Source of the DNA: Tagaea sp. | GTDB taxonomy: Bacteria; Pseudomonadota; Alphaproteobacteria; CACIAM-22H2 | Length of the DNA stretch: 64,000 nt | NCBI GenBank assembly: GCA_965279525.1 | Contig: CBDIIB010000004.1 | Span: 256,001-320,000, forward strand | Direction of reading: 5' to 3' | Part shown: piece by piece, positions 20,403 through 30,238 of the stretch | How the letters are laid out: every line of letters starts with the position of its first letter | Numbering within the stretch: position 1 is the first letter of the stretch | Notes under the pieces: generated by a model | What the model was told of the DNA's origin: nothing | Seen by the model: only the letters and a program-made list of their open reading frames with translations | Databases searched by the model: none | Program-made: the position numbers and the translations under genes

Positions 20403-21735
20403 ACGTCGCCGTAGAGCTGCATCTGGCGCCAGAACGCGGCGTTGAGATTGCCGGGACCGGTGTCGACCAGCAGCGGATGCGGTCCCGCCGCCGCCTTGCG
20501 GCCGGTGGCGAGGCGAAAGAGAAAGAGCCGGCGCACGGTCTCGGCCGTGCCCAGCCCCGCGGCGAGCACGAACTCCAGTGCCGCCTCGCGGCCCGCCGGA
20601 TCGGCGAACAGCGAGGAGGGTGCTGCGAGCGCGTGGAAGCTTTCGAGCACGAGGGCGCGCAGCCAGGCCTGCCGGCCCATCGGCGACGACCGGCCTTCAT
20701 AGACCGCGAGCGGGCACAAGAAGGGTTCGTCCGGAACCGCCAGCGTGCCGGCAACAGCGGCCGGCACATGGGGGGCGAGCAGCGCCGACGCGCGTTGCCG
20801 GTGCCCGAGATCGGCTTCGACGCGTGCAAGCGAAAGGTCGCGCGCCAGCGACGGCGCCATCGCATCGAACAGCGCATGCGCGCGCAGCAGGTCGCCATGG
20901 CGCAGGCCGACCGTGCGCGCCCGATCGCAGGCGCGCGCGTGATGCGAGAAGGCGTCGGTGTCGTCGACCGGTGCGGCCGCGCACAGCAGGCCCGCCTTGG
21001 CGAGCATCGCGGCGCGCGCAGGCTTGGCGGCGAAGGCATTGAGCTGGTCGGCGAGTCCGGCCCGTCGCCCATCGGGACAAGCGCATTGAGAGCCGGTACG
21101 AGGCGATAGCGCGCATAGCCGTGCGCTTCGAGCGCCTGCAGCGCGGCGAAATCCCAGGCCGTGCCGTCGCGGATCTCGATCATCACGAGCGGATCGCCGC
21201 TGGCAAGGAACCGCGCCGCACCGGCGATCGCCTGCACCTCGGCGCCCTCGATGTCGATCTTGACGAAATCGACCGCCGGCATGTACGCGGCCGGCAGCAG
21301 GTCGTCGAGGCGCTGGACCTGCACGCGCAGGCCGCCGCCGGCACCGATGCGCGAGCCTTCGTGGAAATGATGGCCGCCGAACTCGACCTCGCCGGGGGCG
21401 GCACCCAGCGCCACCTCGAACACGGTGAGCTGCACGCCCGTCATCGCCTTTGCCGAACGGCGCAGCTTGTCGGCCAGAGCCGGGTGCGGCTCGAAGGCGA
21501 GGGTGGCCACGCGCGCGGCCGCCAACGTGGCCGCGTAGAAACCGAGATTGGCGCCGATGTCGAGCGCCATGCGCATATGCGGGGCGAGTGCCCGCACGAA
21601 GGGCGCTTCGTCCTCGAACCAGTCTTCCTGTTCGAGGAAGACGAAGCTCGAGATCCCGGTGATGTCGGCGGGCACCACGAGGCGCACGTTGCCGGCCAGC
21701 GACAGCAGCCATTCGTCGGGGCGAAGCTCGGTCAC
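20399..21735 (-). pseudogene. FkbM family methyltransferase with a single-base frameshift near 21050-21070
   Basis: DIGANLG, AFEP, VKIDIEGAE in the 5' frame; coding-like continuation (QLNAFAAKP...) in another frame; span 1337 nt = 3n+2. Confidence 0.7.
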
Positions 21736-22967
21736 GGACGCTTCGTCTCGTCGTCGGCGGGCACGAGCCCGTAGGGCTTCACGAGGCGCCAGACATGGTC
21801 GGGAACCATCGCGCGCAGGCGGCGCGCGCGTTCGCGGCGCAGATGCACGACCGTCTCGACCGCCTTCATCTCGACGCGCGCGCGCGCGAACTCCAGCCCC
21901 CGCGGGCCGATGCGCGGCATCAGCCAGCCCACGACCGGGCGCAGCCAGTCGGGCATGCGGCGCAGCGGCAGGCCGCCGGCGGCGCGCAGCGTGTTGGCAA
22001 GGAAGCCCTTGACCGGGCCGGCGCGCTTTCCGGCACTGCCGGGCGCCTTCGTCGCGACCTCGTCGCCGAGCAGGGCAAGCAGTTCCTCGCCGCGTTCGTT
22101 GCGCACGATCAGCCACTGTTCGCCTTCGCCGCCCATGTAGCCGACCGTGATGTCGGCAAGCGCGTTTGTGTAATCGACGCAGGTGCGGCAGGTGAGGGGG
22201 AAGAAGTCGCGCGGCAGCTTCGAGATCGGCAATTCGAGAAACGGTATTTCCTTTTTATGCCCGTCCGCGAAGCGCAGCTCGACATGGTAGTCCGCGCGGA
22301 ACTCGAGATAGGTGATGGTGGCGGGATCGGCGGCGAGCAGTTCGAGGAACTTGTGGAAATTCGCCGTCGTCGTGTTGTCCGAGCACGGCGTGCCGATCAC
22401 ATAGAGCCGCTCGAAGCCCATCTCCTTCTCGATCGCGCGCAGCGCGTAGACCTGGCAGGGGATGCCGACGATGGCGAGCCGCTTGAAGCCGCGCGCGCGC
22501 GCCGGCTCTAGCAGCGCCAGCAGCGGGGCGTAGCCCATCCGCATGCCCCGGCACTGGGCCATGCCGGACGCCTCGGTGACGAGGACCGGCATCGGCTTCC
22601 AGCGGTCGGCCGGATCGGGCGCCATCGCCAGCACGGCATCCACGGCCTTCGTGGCCAGCAGCTTCTCGGCGATGCGCGTGGCGATGCCGGTCCACTGCGC
22701 GCCGTCGAGCGGGGCCTTCAGCGAGGCGCGCACCATGCGGCGGAAGGGGCCGAAATGGGTTTCGTCGGCGCGGGCCGGGTCGCGGGTGCGGCCATGGACC
22801 TGCGCCTCAAGGCGCGGATAGTCGGGCTTGATGAACTGGCAGGCCGTGCCGCAGCGCTTGGGCTCGGCGGTGCGCGAGATGCCGCAATCGGTGCAAAGAT
22901 CGCGCGGCACGCCTGCCGCCAGCGTCGGAACAAGGACCGGAGAAGGAATCGCGTCGACCGTCTGCAC
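21732..22967 (-). CDS. bciB: FrhB-family protein, BciB-like ferredoxin-dependent 8-vinyl reductase
   Basis: LCTDCG...C...CQF cluster motif, GAQWTGI, GIPCQV, GTPCSDN, TCRTCVDYTN; start placed at GTG 22967. Confidence 0.7.
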   Translation of the reverse strand: MQTVDAIPSPVLVPTLAAGVPRDLCTDCGISRTAEPKRCGTACQFIKPDYPRLEAQVHGRTRDPARADETHFGPFRRMVRASLKAPLDGAQWTGIATRIAEKLLATKAVDAVLAMAPDPADRWKPMPVLVTEASGMAQCRGMRMGYAPLLALLEPARARGFKRLAIVGIPCQVYALRAIEKEMGFERLYVIGTPCSDNTTTANFHKFLELLAADPATITYLEFRADYHVELRFADGHKKEIPFLELPISKLPRDFFPLTCRTCVDYTNALADITVGYMGGEGEQWLIVRNERGEELLALLGDEVATKAPGSAGKRAGPVKGFLANTLRAAGGLPLRRMPDWLRPVVGWLMPRIGPRGLEFARARVEMKAVETVVHLRRERARRLRAMVPDHVWRLVKPYGLVPADDETKRP

Positions 22968-23057
22968 GGCGCCAAGCCTAGCAGCCCCCGCCGATCCGCC
23001 GGACGGATTTTTCGCCGGTCTTGAGAGGTGACGCGACCCGGCGCATTGTGTGTGCCG

Positions 23058-23732
23058 ATGCGACGACGGACCTTCATTTCCGGAGCGGCACTGCTGGGTG
23101 CCGGCCTGATCGACATGGCGCATGCACAGGCCCCCCGGCCGGCCGATGCCGGACTTCTTGTCGCCGCCGCGAAAGGCGATGCGGCGGCCGTGGTGCAGGC
23201 CCTTGCCGCGGGTGCCACCGTCGACGCGCGCGATGCAGGCGGCCGGACGGCGCTGCTGCTGGCCACGCACGGCGACCATCTGGAAGCAGCCCGCGTGCTG
23301 GTCGCGGCGGGTGCGGACGTCAACGCGAAGGACGCGATCTCCGACAGCCCCTATCTCTATGCCGGGGCGGAAGGGCGCGACGCGATCCTGCGCCTGACGC
23401 TGGCCAACGGCGCCGATCTCAGATCGGTCAACCGCTATGGCGGCACGGCGCTGATCCCGGCCGCCCATCACGGCCATGTCGCGACGGTGCGCATCCTGCT
23501 CGAGACCGCCATCGACATCGACCATGTCAACCGGCTGGGCTGGACCGCGCTCCTGGAAGCGGTCATCCTCGGCGACGGCGGGGCGGCGCACACCGAGATC
23601 GTGCGCCTGCTCGTCGACAAGGGCGCACGCAACGACATCGCCGACCGCGACGGGATCACGCCGCTCGAACACGCGCGGCGGCGCGGCTACGAAGCGATCG
23701 CGCGCATCATCGGGGGAGCGAAGGCCAGATGA
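23058..23732 (+). CDS. Ankyrin-repeat protein with Tat-like signal
   Basis: RRRTFI; repeated G.TAL..A...G motifs; NRYGGTALIPA, NRLGWTALLEA. Confidence 0.88.
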   Translation: MRRRTFISGAALLGAGLIDMAHAQAPRPADAGLLVAAAKGDAAAVVQALAAGATVDARDAGGRTALLLATHGDHLEAARVLVAAGADVNAKDAISDSPYLYAGAEGRDAILRLTLANGADLRSVNRYGGTALIPAAHHGHVATVRILLETAIDIDHVNRLGWTALLEAVILGDGGAAHTEIVRLLVDKGARNDIADRDGITPLEHARRRGYEAIARIIGGAKAR

Positions 23733-24115
23733 ACGTCACCGGCATGAACCATTTCACGATCCTCGCGCGCGACATCGAGGAGACGCGCCGCTTCTACACC
23801 GGCATCCTCGGCCTCAAGGAAGGCTACCGGCCCGACATGGGCTTCCCCGGCATCTGGTTCTATGTCGGCGAGCAGTGGGTGCTGCACGTCGTGGCCGGGC
23901 GCAAACTGCCGAGCCCGCCGGCCGGCGTGATCGACCACATGGCCTTCAGCGCCACCGGCCTTGCCGCGACCGTCGACCGGCTGAAGGCGAACGGCATCGA
24001 TTACCGGCTGTCGCGACAGGTGGGAACGAACGTCTGGCAAATATTCTTCAACGATCCGAACGGTGCCAAGGTGGAACTCGATTTCGATCCGTCGGAAGAA
24101 CTTGCGGCCGCCTGA
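23729..24115 (+). CDS. VOC/glyoxalase family protein
   Basis: MNHFTI, FYTGILGL, IDHMAF, FFNDPNGAKVEL. Confidence 0.88.
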   Translation: MNVTGMNHFTILARDIEETRRFYTGILGLKEGYRPDMGFPGIWFYVGEQWVLHVVAGRKLPSPPAGVIDHMAFSATGLAATVDRLKANGIDYRLSRQVGTNVWQIFFNDPNGAKVELDFDPSEELAAA

Positions 24116-24294
24116 GCCGGACCGCAAATCATCAGGTTACAACTGGTTACGGTAACGTATTTAAACTGTTGAAGTTAAACGGATGTAACCGGACGAGTGC
24201 TCCGTGCAACATGCAACCTATTCACCTGTCAAAGAGCGCGGCGAACCTGGAAAGCACTCTGCCACAGGGTCGTGAACGCGTCCAGTAAATAAAC

Positions 24295-25122
24295 CTATAA
24301 ACTTTGCGGCCGACACGCCACCGCTTCGATCACCGATAGGCGGCCCTCGTCGAGGCTGCGGAAGACGTTGTCCTGATAGCTCCACATGCGCTCGCCCATC
24401 AGCACATGCGTGAACAATGCCGGCCGGCCGTTGGCGGCCATCTTCGCGCGCATGGCGGCCAGCGTGTCGCGCACATGCTTGGTGGTGTCCTCGATCGACA
24501 CGACGACGAAGCCCGCACCTTCGAGATCGCGGCGCGTCTCTTCCAGCGTGGCAAGGAAGCTCGCAGCCGCGTCGGCCGCCCACGGCGTCGGATAGTGCGG
24601 CGGCCCGCCGGCCCCGGCACCGAGATTGGACAAAGCGAGCGTGCCGCCCGGCTTCAGCACGCGCAGCGCCTCGCGATACATTGCCTTCTTGTCGGCGATG
24701 TTCATCGCGACGTTCTGCGAATAGGCGCGCTCGAACGCGGCGTCGGCGAAGGGCAGGGCGAGCGCGTCGCCGTTGCGGATCGTCACCGTATCGGACTGGC
24801 CGGTCGCCGCGCAGAGTGCTTCGCCGGCGGCACAGAATTCCGGCACCAGGTCGATGCCGGTCACGCGGCAGCCGGCGGTCTTGGCGATCCAGCGCGCCGG
24901 CCCGCCGATGCCGCAGCCGATGTCGAGCACATGGTCACCGGGCAAGGGGGCCAGCATCGCCAGCAGCTCGCGCGTCGCGACGACACCACGATTGTGGAAA
25001 TGGTCGAGCGGGGCGAGCGCTTCGGGCGTGATCGCGACGTCCGCCCCCTTGGCCGCGCGCAGGGCGGCGATCAGGCGCTCAGCGATGTCGGTGCTGGCGT
25101 AGTGGGATTCGATTTGCGGCAT
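24295..25122 (-). CDS. Class I SAM-dependent methyltransferase
   Basis: VLDIGCGIGG, GDALALPF, RVLKPGG. Confidence 0.9.
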   Translation of the reverse strand: MPQIESHYASTDIAERLIAALRAAKGADVAITPEALAPLDHFHNRGVVATRELLAMLAPLPGDHVLDIGCGIGGPARWIAKTAGCRVTGIDLVPEFCAAGEALCAATGQSDTVTIRNGDALALPFADAAFERAYSQNVAMNIADKKAMYREALRVLKPGGTLALSNLGAGAGGPPHYPTPWAADAAASFLATLEETRRDLEGAGFVVVSIEDTTKHVRDTLAAMRAKMAANGRPALFTHVLMGERMWSYQDNVFRSLDEGRLSVIEAVACRPQSL

Positions 25123-25161
25123 GGCGGCACTTTAGCTCCGGATGCATCCGGCCGCACCGGT

Positions 25162-26889
25162 TCACGCCGCCTGCGCCGGCTCCGCTGCGATCCGGGACGG
25201 CAGCAGCACCTCGAACAGGCTGCCCTTGCCCGGTTCGCTTTCAACGCGGATCGTGCCGCCCAGCCGCAGGACGAGCTGGCGCGTCAGCGACAGGCCCAGG
25301 CCCGTCCCGCTGCGCCGGCTCACTTGCGCGCTCTCCTTGCGCCAGAACGGCTCGAAGATATGACCGATGTCGGCGGCGGGGATGCCGTCGCCCTCGTCGG
25401 CGACCCAGATTCGCAGGCGGTCGCCGTCCTCGCACATCCAGCCGACGCGCACGGTGCCGCCGGCCCGGCAGAACTTGACCGCGTTGCCGGCAAGGTTGAC
25501 CAGGATCTGGCGCAAGGCGCCTGCATCGCTGACGACCGTGAGCGGTCCCGCCGGTGCCACGGCCTCGATCTTCACGTCCCGCTCGACCGCGATGGGGCGC
25601 ATCATCTCCAGCACGTCGCGCACGGCCGAACCGGGATCGAGCTCGACGGGCTTGAGGACCAGGCGGCGGGCCTCGATCGCCGCGAGATCGAGGAGCTGGT
25701 CGACCACGCCCAGCAGGTGGCGTCCGGCAGTCAGCACGTCGCCGACATAGCCGCGGTAGCGCTCGGGCAGGGGGCCGAAGACCTGCATCACGACGAACTC
25801 GGAAAAGCCGATGATCGCGTTGAGCGGCGTGCGCAGCTCGTGGCTGACATTGGCGAGGAATTCGCGCTTGGCGGCGTTGGCGGCTTCCGCCGCGACAAGG
25901 GCGGCACGCACGCGGCTGGCCTCGCGGTCGCGCAAGGCCGTGAATCGGACGACCAGTGCCGCCATCATGCAGGCCAGCAGCGTGGCAAGTGCGGCAAAGC
26001 CGACGGTCCACGTCCGGCGGCCGTCGATCGTCGCTTCGATGTCCGACTTGCGGAAGCTCGCATAGACATAGAGCGGCTGCTTCTCGATCCGCTTGAAAGC
26101 CAGGACGATCGGCCGCCCGTCGACACCGTTGCGCGTGTCGATCAGCCCGAGGGCGCGCCGCTCGCCTGACACGCCGGCGTAGTCGTCGACATTGATGCGC
26201 CGTCCCACGATGCCCTCGACGTCGGGGCTGCGGAACAGGATGTGGCCGTCGTCGCGCACGATGCCGACGATTCCGCGGGCGGAGACGAATAGGTCGCGGA
26301 ATATTTCGGCAAGCGGCGCCACCGGAATGGACGTGACGATATACCCGATGCCGAACATGTTCGGCCGTGTCTTCATGGCCAGCGGTATCGACGGCAAGCC
26401 GGTATTGCGCGCGACGATCTGCAGGCCGATATGGATCGCACCGGCGGAGAGCCCGTCGAGCGCGCGGATATATTCGCGGTCCGCGACGTTGATCGCCTCG
26501 CTGCCATAGGGACCGAACGGGATCATCCGGCCGTCCGCGGCGAAGACGCGGACATTCAGCGGAAGGCTGTGCCGGCGTTGCAGGCGGTCGACGACGTCCG
26601 CAAGCTCGGCAAGCTTCGCACCGTCTGTCTGCTCGGCAAGCCAGACTTCGGCCGCCTCGATCAGGCCTTCGGCGGATTCGACCGTCCGCCCGACCTGGGC
26701 CGACAGCAGATTCTGTGCACCGAGCAGTTCGTTCTTCGCGGACTCGTGGAAATCGTGGTGATCGCTGGCGAGGCGCCAGATCGCGACCGACCAAATTCCG
26801 GCCACGACCAGTGCGGCGAAGCACACGGCCGCGACCTTGGGCGACGAGAGCCGGCGGAGCAGGGCGGATGTCCGGGGGGAGTCCAACAT
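25162..26889 (-). CDS. Membrane sensor histidine kinase (Cache-like periplasmic region)
   Basis: Two TMs; FLANVSHELRTPLNAIIGF H-box; NAVKF, DEGDGI, GTGLGL. Confidence 0.92.
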   Translation of the reverse strand: MLDSPRTSALLRRLSSPKVAAVCFAALVVAGIWSVAIWRLASDHHDFHESAKNELLGAQNLLSAQVGRTVESAEGLIEAAEVWLAEQTDGAKLAELADVVDRLQRRHSLPLNVRVFAADGRMIPFGPYGSEAINVADREYIRALDGLSAGAIHIGLQIVARNTGLPSIPLAMKTRPNMFGIGYIVTSIPVAPLAEIFRDLFVSARGIVGIVRDDGHILFRSPDVEGIVGRRINVDDYAGVSGERRALGLIDTRNGVDGRPIVLAFKRIEKQPLYVYASFRKSDIEATIDGRRTWTVGFAALATLLACMMAALVVRFTALRDREASRVRAALVAAEAANAAKREFLANVSHELRTPLNAIIGFSEFVVMQVFGPLPERYRGYVGDVLTAGRHLLGVVDQLLDLAAIEARRLVLKPVELDPGSAVRDVLEMMRPIAVERDVKIEAVAPAGPLTVVSDAGALRQILVNLAGNAVKFCRAGGTVRVGWMCEDGDRLRIWVADEGDGIPAADIGHIFEPFWRKESAQVSRRSGTGLGLSLTRQLVLRLGGTIRVESEPGKGSLFEVLLPSRIAAEPAQAA

Positions 26890-27055
26890 GACCCAAAAAC
26901 TACATATCGATGGTTAAGAACTCGTATGTCTCGGAAGGGCTTAGATCTATTGGATATTGGTGAATTTTGTACCGCTACATACAATATGCTCAAACTTCTG
27001 CGCGGCCGGGTTCCTGGCATTGCATGAGTGGCCCGTCGCAGGAGTTGCCGAACGG

Positions 27056-27601
27056 ATGGTTTCCAGCCTGCCTGCCTTGCCATCCGATTTTCCCGAACCG
27101 GCCCGCATCGTCCTCGACCGCTGGCGCGAGGCGCATGCTGCCGACGGCATCGTTCCGGACATCGCGGCGTTCGCTCCCTTCCGCCTGCCGCCGGCGGTCA
27201 TCCCGTGGACGACGACGCTCCGGCGCACGGGGCCTGCGACGCTCGAATACCGGATCGTCGGCGAGGAGCTGACGTTCCTCTACGGCTCGAACCCGCGCGG
27301 CCGGCAGGTGCTCGACTATGCGCCGGCGAATTTCCGCAGCCTGCGCTACACGATGATCCTGCGGGCAATGGACGAGGGAACGCCGTTCTGGTTCCGCGGC
27401 GACATGCTGTTCGTGAATCTCAGCGTGCGTTTCGGCCGTCTCGGCCTGCCGATGCGCGGCGCGGACGGGCAGGCCTTGATCGTCGTCTATTTCCCCATTG
27501 GCACGTTTCCATATCCGCGGCCGGCCTATATCCGCTCTGCCGAACTTGCGCCCGAAGACGTCGTGTGGCTCGACGCCGGCGCACATCCGCCGGCGGTCTG
27601 A
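27056..27601 (+). CDS. PAS-like (PAS_5-type) domain protein
   Basis: YRIVGE....YG.NPRG, RLGLPM motifs; start uncertain. Confidence 0.6.
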   Translation: MVSSLPALPSDFPEPARIVLDRWREAHAADGIVPDIAAFAPFRLPPAVIPWTTTLRRTGPATLEYRIVGEELTFLYGSNPRGRQVLDYAPANFRSLRYTMILRAMDEGTPFWFRGDMLFVNLSVRFGRLGLPMRGADGQALIVVYFPIGTFPYPRPAYIRSAELAPEDVVWLDAGAHPPAV

Positions 27602-27684
27602 GTATTTTCCGGCGCTATCGCGGGGCCGGCGACCCGATAGGTTCGCCGCTTCCAGCACCAGCCCCGACAACCAAAGGAAAATAC

Positions 27685-28089
27685 ATGTCCCGCATCCCGC
27701 TCATTTCCGCCGCGATCGTCGTCGCCGCGGCACTTGCCGGCCCTGTGTTCGCACCCGCTCCCGTGTTCGCGCAGGGTACGCCCCAGACGATCTCGTTCGT
27801 CCGCATCGACGCGCAGACGCTTGCGACCGGTTACCGGACGTCGAAGGTCGTCGGCGCCACCGTCTTCAACGAAGGCAACGAGATCGTGGGCAAGATCGAC
27901 GACCTGATCGTCACGCCGAACGACCGGGTACCCTTCGCGGTGCTTTCGGTCGGCGGATTCCTCGGCGTCGGCACGTCGTATGTCGTCATCCCGTACAGCA
28001 ATCTCGAGCTGCGCGACGACAAGGTCATCCTGCGCGGCGCCACGAAGGAGTCGCTGCAGAAGCTGCCCGAGTTCAAGTACGCGTACTGA
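27685..28089 (+). CDS. PRC-barrel domain protein
   Basis: Signal peptide; SKVVGATVFN...GKIDDL...AVLSVGGFLGVG. Confidence 0.88.
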   Translation: MSRIPLISAAIVVAAALAGPVFAPAPVFAQGTPQTISFVRIDAQTLATGYRTSKVVGATVFNEGNEIVGKIDDLIVTPNDRVPFAVLSVGGFLGVGTSYVVIPYSNLELRDDKVILRGATKESLQKLPEFKYAY

Positions 28090-28181
28090 CCTGACGCGAG
28101 GGGGCCGGCCTGCCGGCTCCCCTTGTGCCATGCGAGGGGGTCGCGGCTTGACTAGGGTGTCCGGCGGTTCGAAAATCGCGG

Positions 28182-30080
28182 ATGGACGGCAAGACGGATT
28201 CCGCTTCGAAATCTGACATAGAGTTCCGCGCCGCACGCTGGAACGCGCTTGGCGATCAGGTCAGGAGCGGCAACGTCGCGTCCGTCGTGGACCGGATCGA
28301 TGCCGCGTCGGCCGAAGAACCGGATTTCTGGCCGGGCCATTTCCTGCGCGGTGTGGCGCATCTCCATCTCGGGAATTTCGCGACGGCGGCCGATGCGTCG
28401 GCGCGTGCACTTGCGCTCAAGCCCGATCTTGCGGACGCACACCATATCCGGCTCCTGGCGCTGATCCAGGCGGCGCGGCCCGACGAGGCGATCGCGGCCG
28501 GCCGCGAAGCCATGACCGCGGCCCCGCAGGATCCGCGCACGGGACCGATCCTTGCGAACCTGTTGCTGGATCGCGGCGACGTCGCGGGCGCACTTGGCGT
28601 CGCCGCCGAAGCGGTCCGCCGCCATCCCGGCGATTTCGCCTGCCTCTACGAGATCGCGAACATCCAGAAGCGTCTCGATCGCTGGTCGGCGGCCGAGGAA
28701 CTCTACGCGCGTGCCGCTTCCCTGATGCCGGCCCGGCCCGAAGGCCATTTCGGGATCGCCTGCTGCCGGCTGGCCGATGGCCGCTTCGCCGAGGCGCGGG
28801 CGGGATTCGACCGGGCGATCGCGGTGGACCCCGCGTTCGAGCCCGCGTGGATCAACCGGCTCTATCTTTCGACCTACGATCCGGCGACGAGTCCGCTTGC
28901 GTGTCGCGACCTGCATGCCGACTGGGCTGGGCGGTTCGCCGACCATCTGCTGGCGCAGGCGCCCGCCATCCGGCGCGCACGCGATGCCGACAGGCGCTTG
29001 AAGGTCGGTTTCGTTTCGCCCGATTTCCGTCGGCATTCGGTCACGCAGTTCGTGCGGCCGATCCTCGCCGGCCGCGATCCGGCGGCCATCGAGACCTATG
29101 CCTACGCCAATGTCCGGGCACCCGACGGAACGACCGCGATGCTGCGCGGCCTCGCCGACCGGTGGCGGCCGATCGAGAAGCTCGACGACGATGCCGCCGC
29201 CGCACTGGTGCGCGCCGACGGGATCGACATCCTCGTGGATCTTGCCGCCCACACGTCGGGCGGGCGTCTCGGGATTTTCGCGCGCAAGCCCGCACCTGTG
29301 CAGGCGACATGGCTGGGCTACTGCACCACGACCGGGCTAAAGGCGGTCGACTGGTTCGTCTCCGACGGCAGGATCGCGCCGGAAGGTGCCGAAAGCGCCT
29401 TCGTGGAGCGGATCTGGCGCCTGCCGCACGCCTATTGCTACGTGCCGCAGGACGGGATGCCGGACGTCGCACCGCTGCCCGCCTTGCGTGCCGGCCATCC
29501 GACATTCGGCCATTTCGGGCGGATCGAGCGGATCAACGACGCGACGCTTGGTGCCTGGGCTGTCGTTCTCGCGGCAGTCCCCGATGCGCGCCTGGTCCTC
29601 AACAGCCCGCCGCTGGCGGACGACGGCGTCAAGGCAAGGCTCGCCGCGCGCTTTGCCGCCGCAGGCGGGGATTTGCGGCGGCTCGACCTTGTCGCGACCT
29701 CGCCGCAGTCGGTCACGTGGGCCGCCTATGGCGCGATCGACGTGGCGCTCGACTGCTTCCCGTTCAATGCCGGGGCGACCACGTTCGAGGCGTTGTGGCT
29801 GGGCGTGCCGGTCGTGACGCTGCGCGCCGAACCGCCGCTCGGGCGGATGGGGGAGTCGATCCTGTCGGCGGCCGGCCTCGCGGACTGGGTCGCGGCGGAC
29901 GTGGACGCTTACGTCGCGCGTGCGGTCGCCGCCGTCGCCGATCCGGCAGCATTGGCCGCCTTGCGCACGGGTCTGCGCGCCCGCATGCGCGCGTCGCCGC
30001 TGATGGACCAGACCCGCTATGTCCGCGATTTCGAGGCGGCTTTGCGCGGAATGTGGCGCATGGCGGTCGCCGAAGCGTGA
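28182..30080 (+). CDS. TPR-containing O-GlcNAc transferase-like protein (GT41/SPINDLY family)
   Basis: TPRs then KVGFVSPDFRRHSV, DGIDILVDL, PAPVQATWLGY, EALWLGVPVV. Confidence 0.88.
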   Translation: MDGKTDSASKSDIEFRAARWNALGDQVRSGNVASVVDRIDAASAEEPDFWPGHFLRGVAHLHLGNFATAADASARALALKPDLADAHHIRLLALIQAARPDEAIAAGREAMTAAPQDPRTGPILANLLLDRGDVAGALGVAAEAVRRHPGDFACLYEIANIQKRLDRWSAAEELYARAASLMPARPEGHFGIACCRLADGRFAEARAGFDRAIAVDPAFEPAWINRLYLSTYDPATSPLACRDLHADWAGRFADHLLAQAPAIRRARDADRRLKVGFVSPDFRRHSVTQFVRPILAGRDPAAIETYAYANVRAPDGTTAMLRGLADRWRPIEKLDDDAAAALVRADGIDILVDLAAHTSGGRLGIFARKPAPVQATWLGYCTTTGLKAVDWFVSDGRIAPEGAESAFVERIWRLPHAYCYVPQDGMPDVAPLPALRAGHPTFGHFGRIERINDATLGAWAVVLAAVPDARLVLNSPPLADDGVKARLAARFAAAGGDLRRLDLVATSPQSVTWAAYGAIDVALDCFPFNAGATTFEALWLGVPVVTLRAEPPLGRMGESILSAAGLADWVAADVDAYVARAVAAVADPAALAALRTGLRARMRASPLMDQTRYVRDFEAALRGMWRMAVAEA

Positions 30081-30106
30081 TTTTAAGGGGCGGCCGGGAA
30101 CGGAAG

Positions 30107-30154
30107 TGGCTGGGGGACTAGGATTCGAACCTAGACTAGCTGAGTCAGAGTCAG
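30107..30154 (-). repeat. att site: 3' fragment of tRNA-Gln(CTG)
   Basis: Minus strand reads CTGA-CTCTGAC-TCAG..CTAGG-TTCGAAT-CCTAG-TCCCCCA-G-CCA (anticodon arm, T arm, CCA); 5' half missing; integrase adjacent. Confidence 0.88.
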
Positions 30155-30170
30155 AAAACATCTATTTCTA

Positions 30171-30238
30171 TATCAATGGGTTAATTGCCAGAATTCCTGT
30201 AAAAAAACCCGAGATTTCCTGCCCTTTTGTAAAAAACC
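30171..30238. promoter_or_regulatory. IHF-like site and putative integrase arm sites
   Basis: TATCAATGGGTTA matches WATCAANNNNTTR; TGTAAAAAA(A)CC repeated at 30198 and 30228. Confidence 0.55.

Noticed and set aside
19172-23672. Long overlapping ORFs (645, 627 and 646 aa)
   Set aside because: Alternative-frame or antisense products of high GC; only the rodA, FkbM, BciB-like and ankyrin segments have family motifs
24225-24294. c-di-GMP-type riboswitch
   Set aside because: Only superficial GAAA-loop similarity, and it does not lie upstream of a same-strand gene
30107-30180. Full tRNA-Gln gene
   Set aside because: The D arm and 5' acceptor strand are replaced by AT-rich island DNA; only the 3' fragment is present
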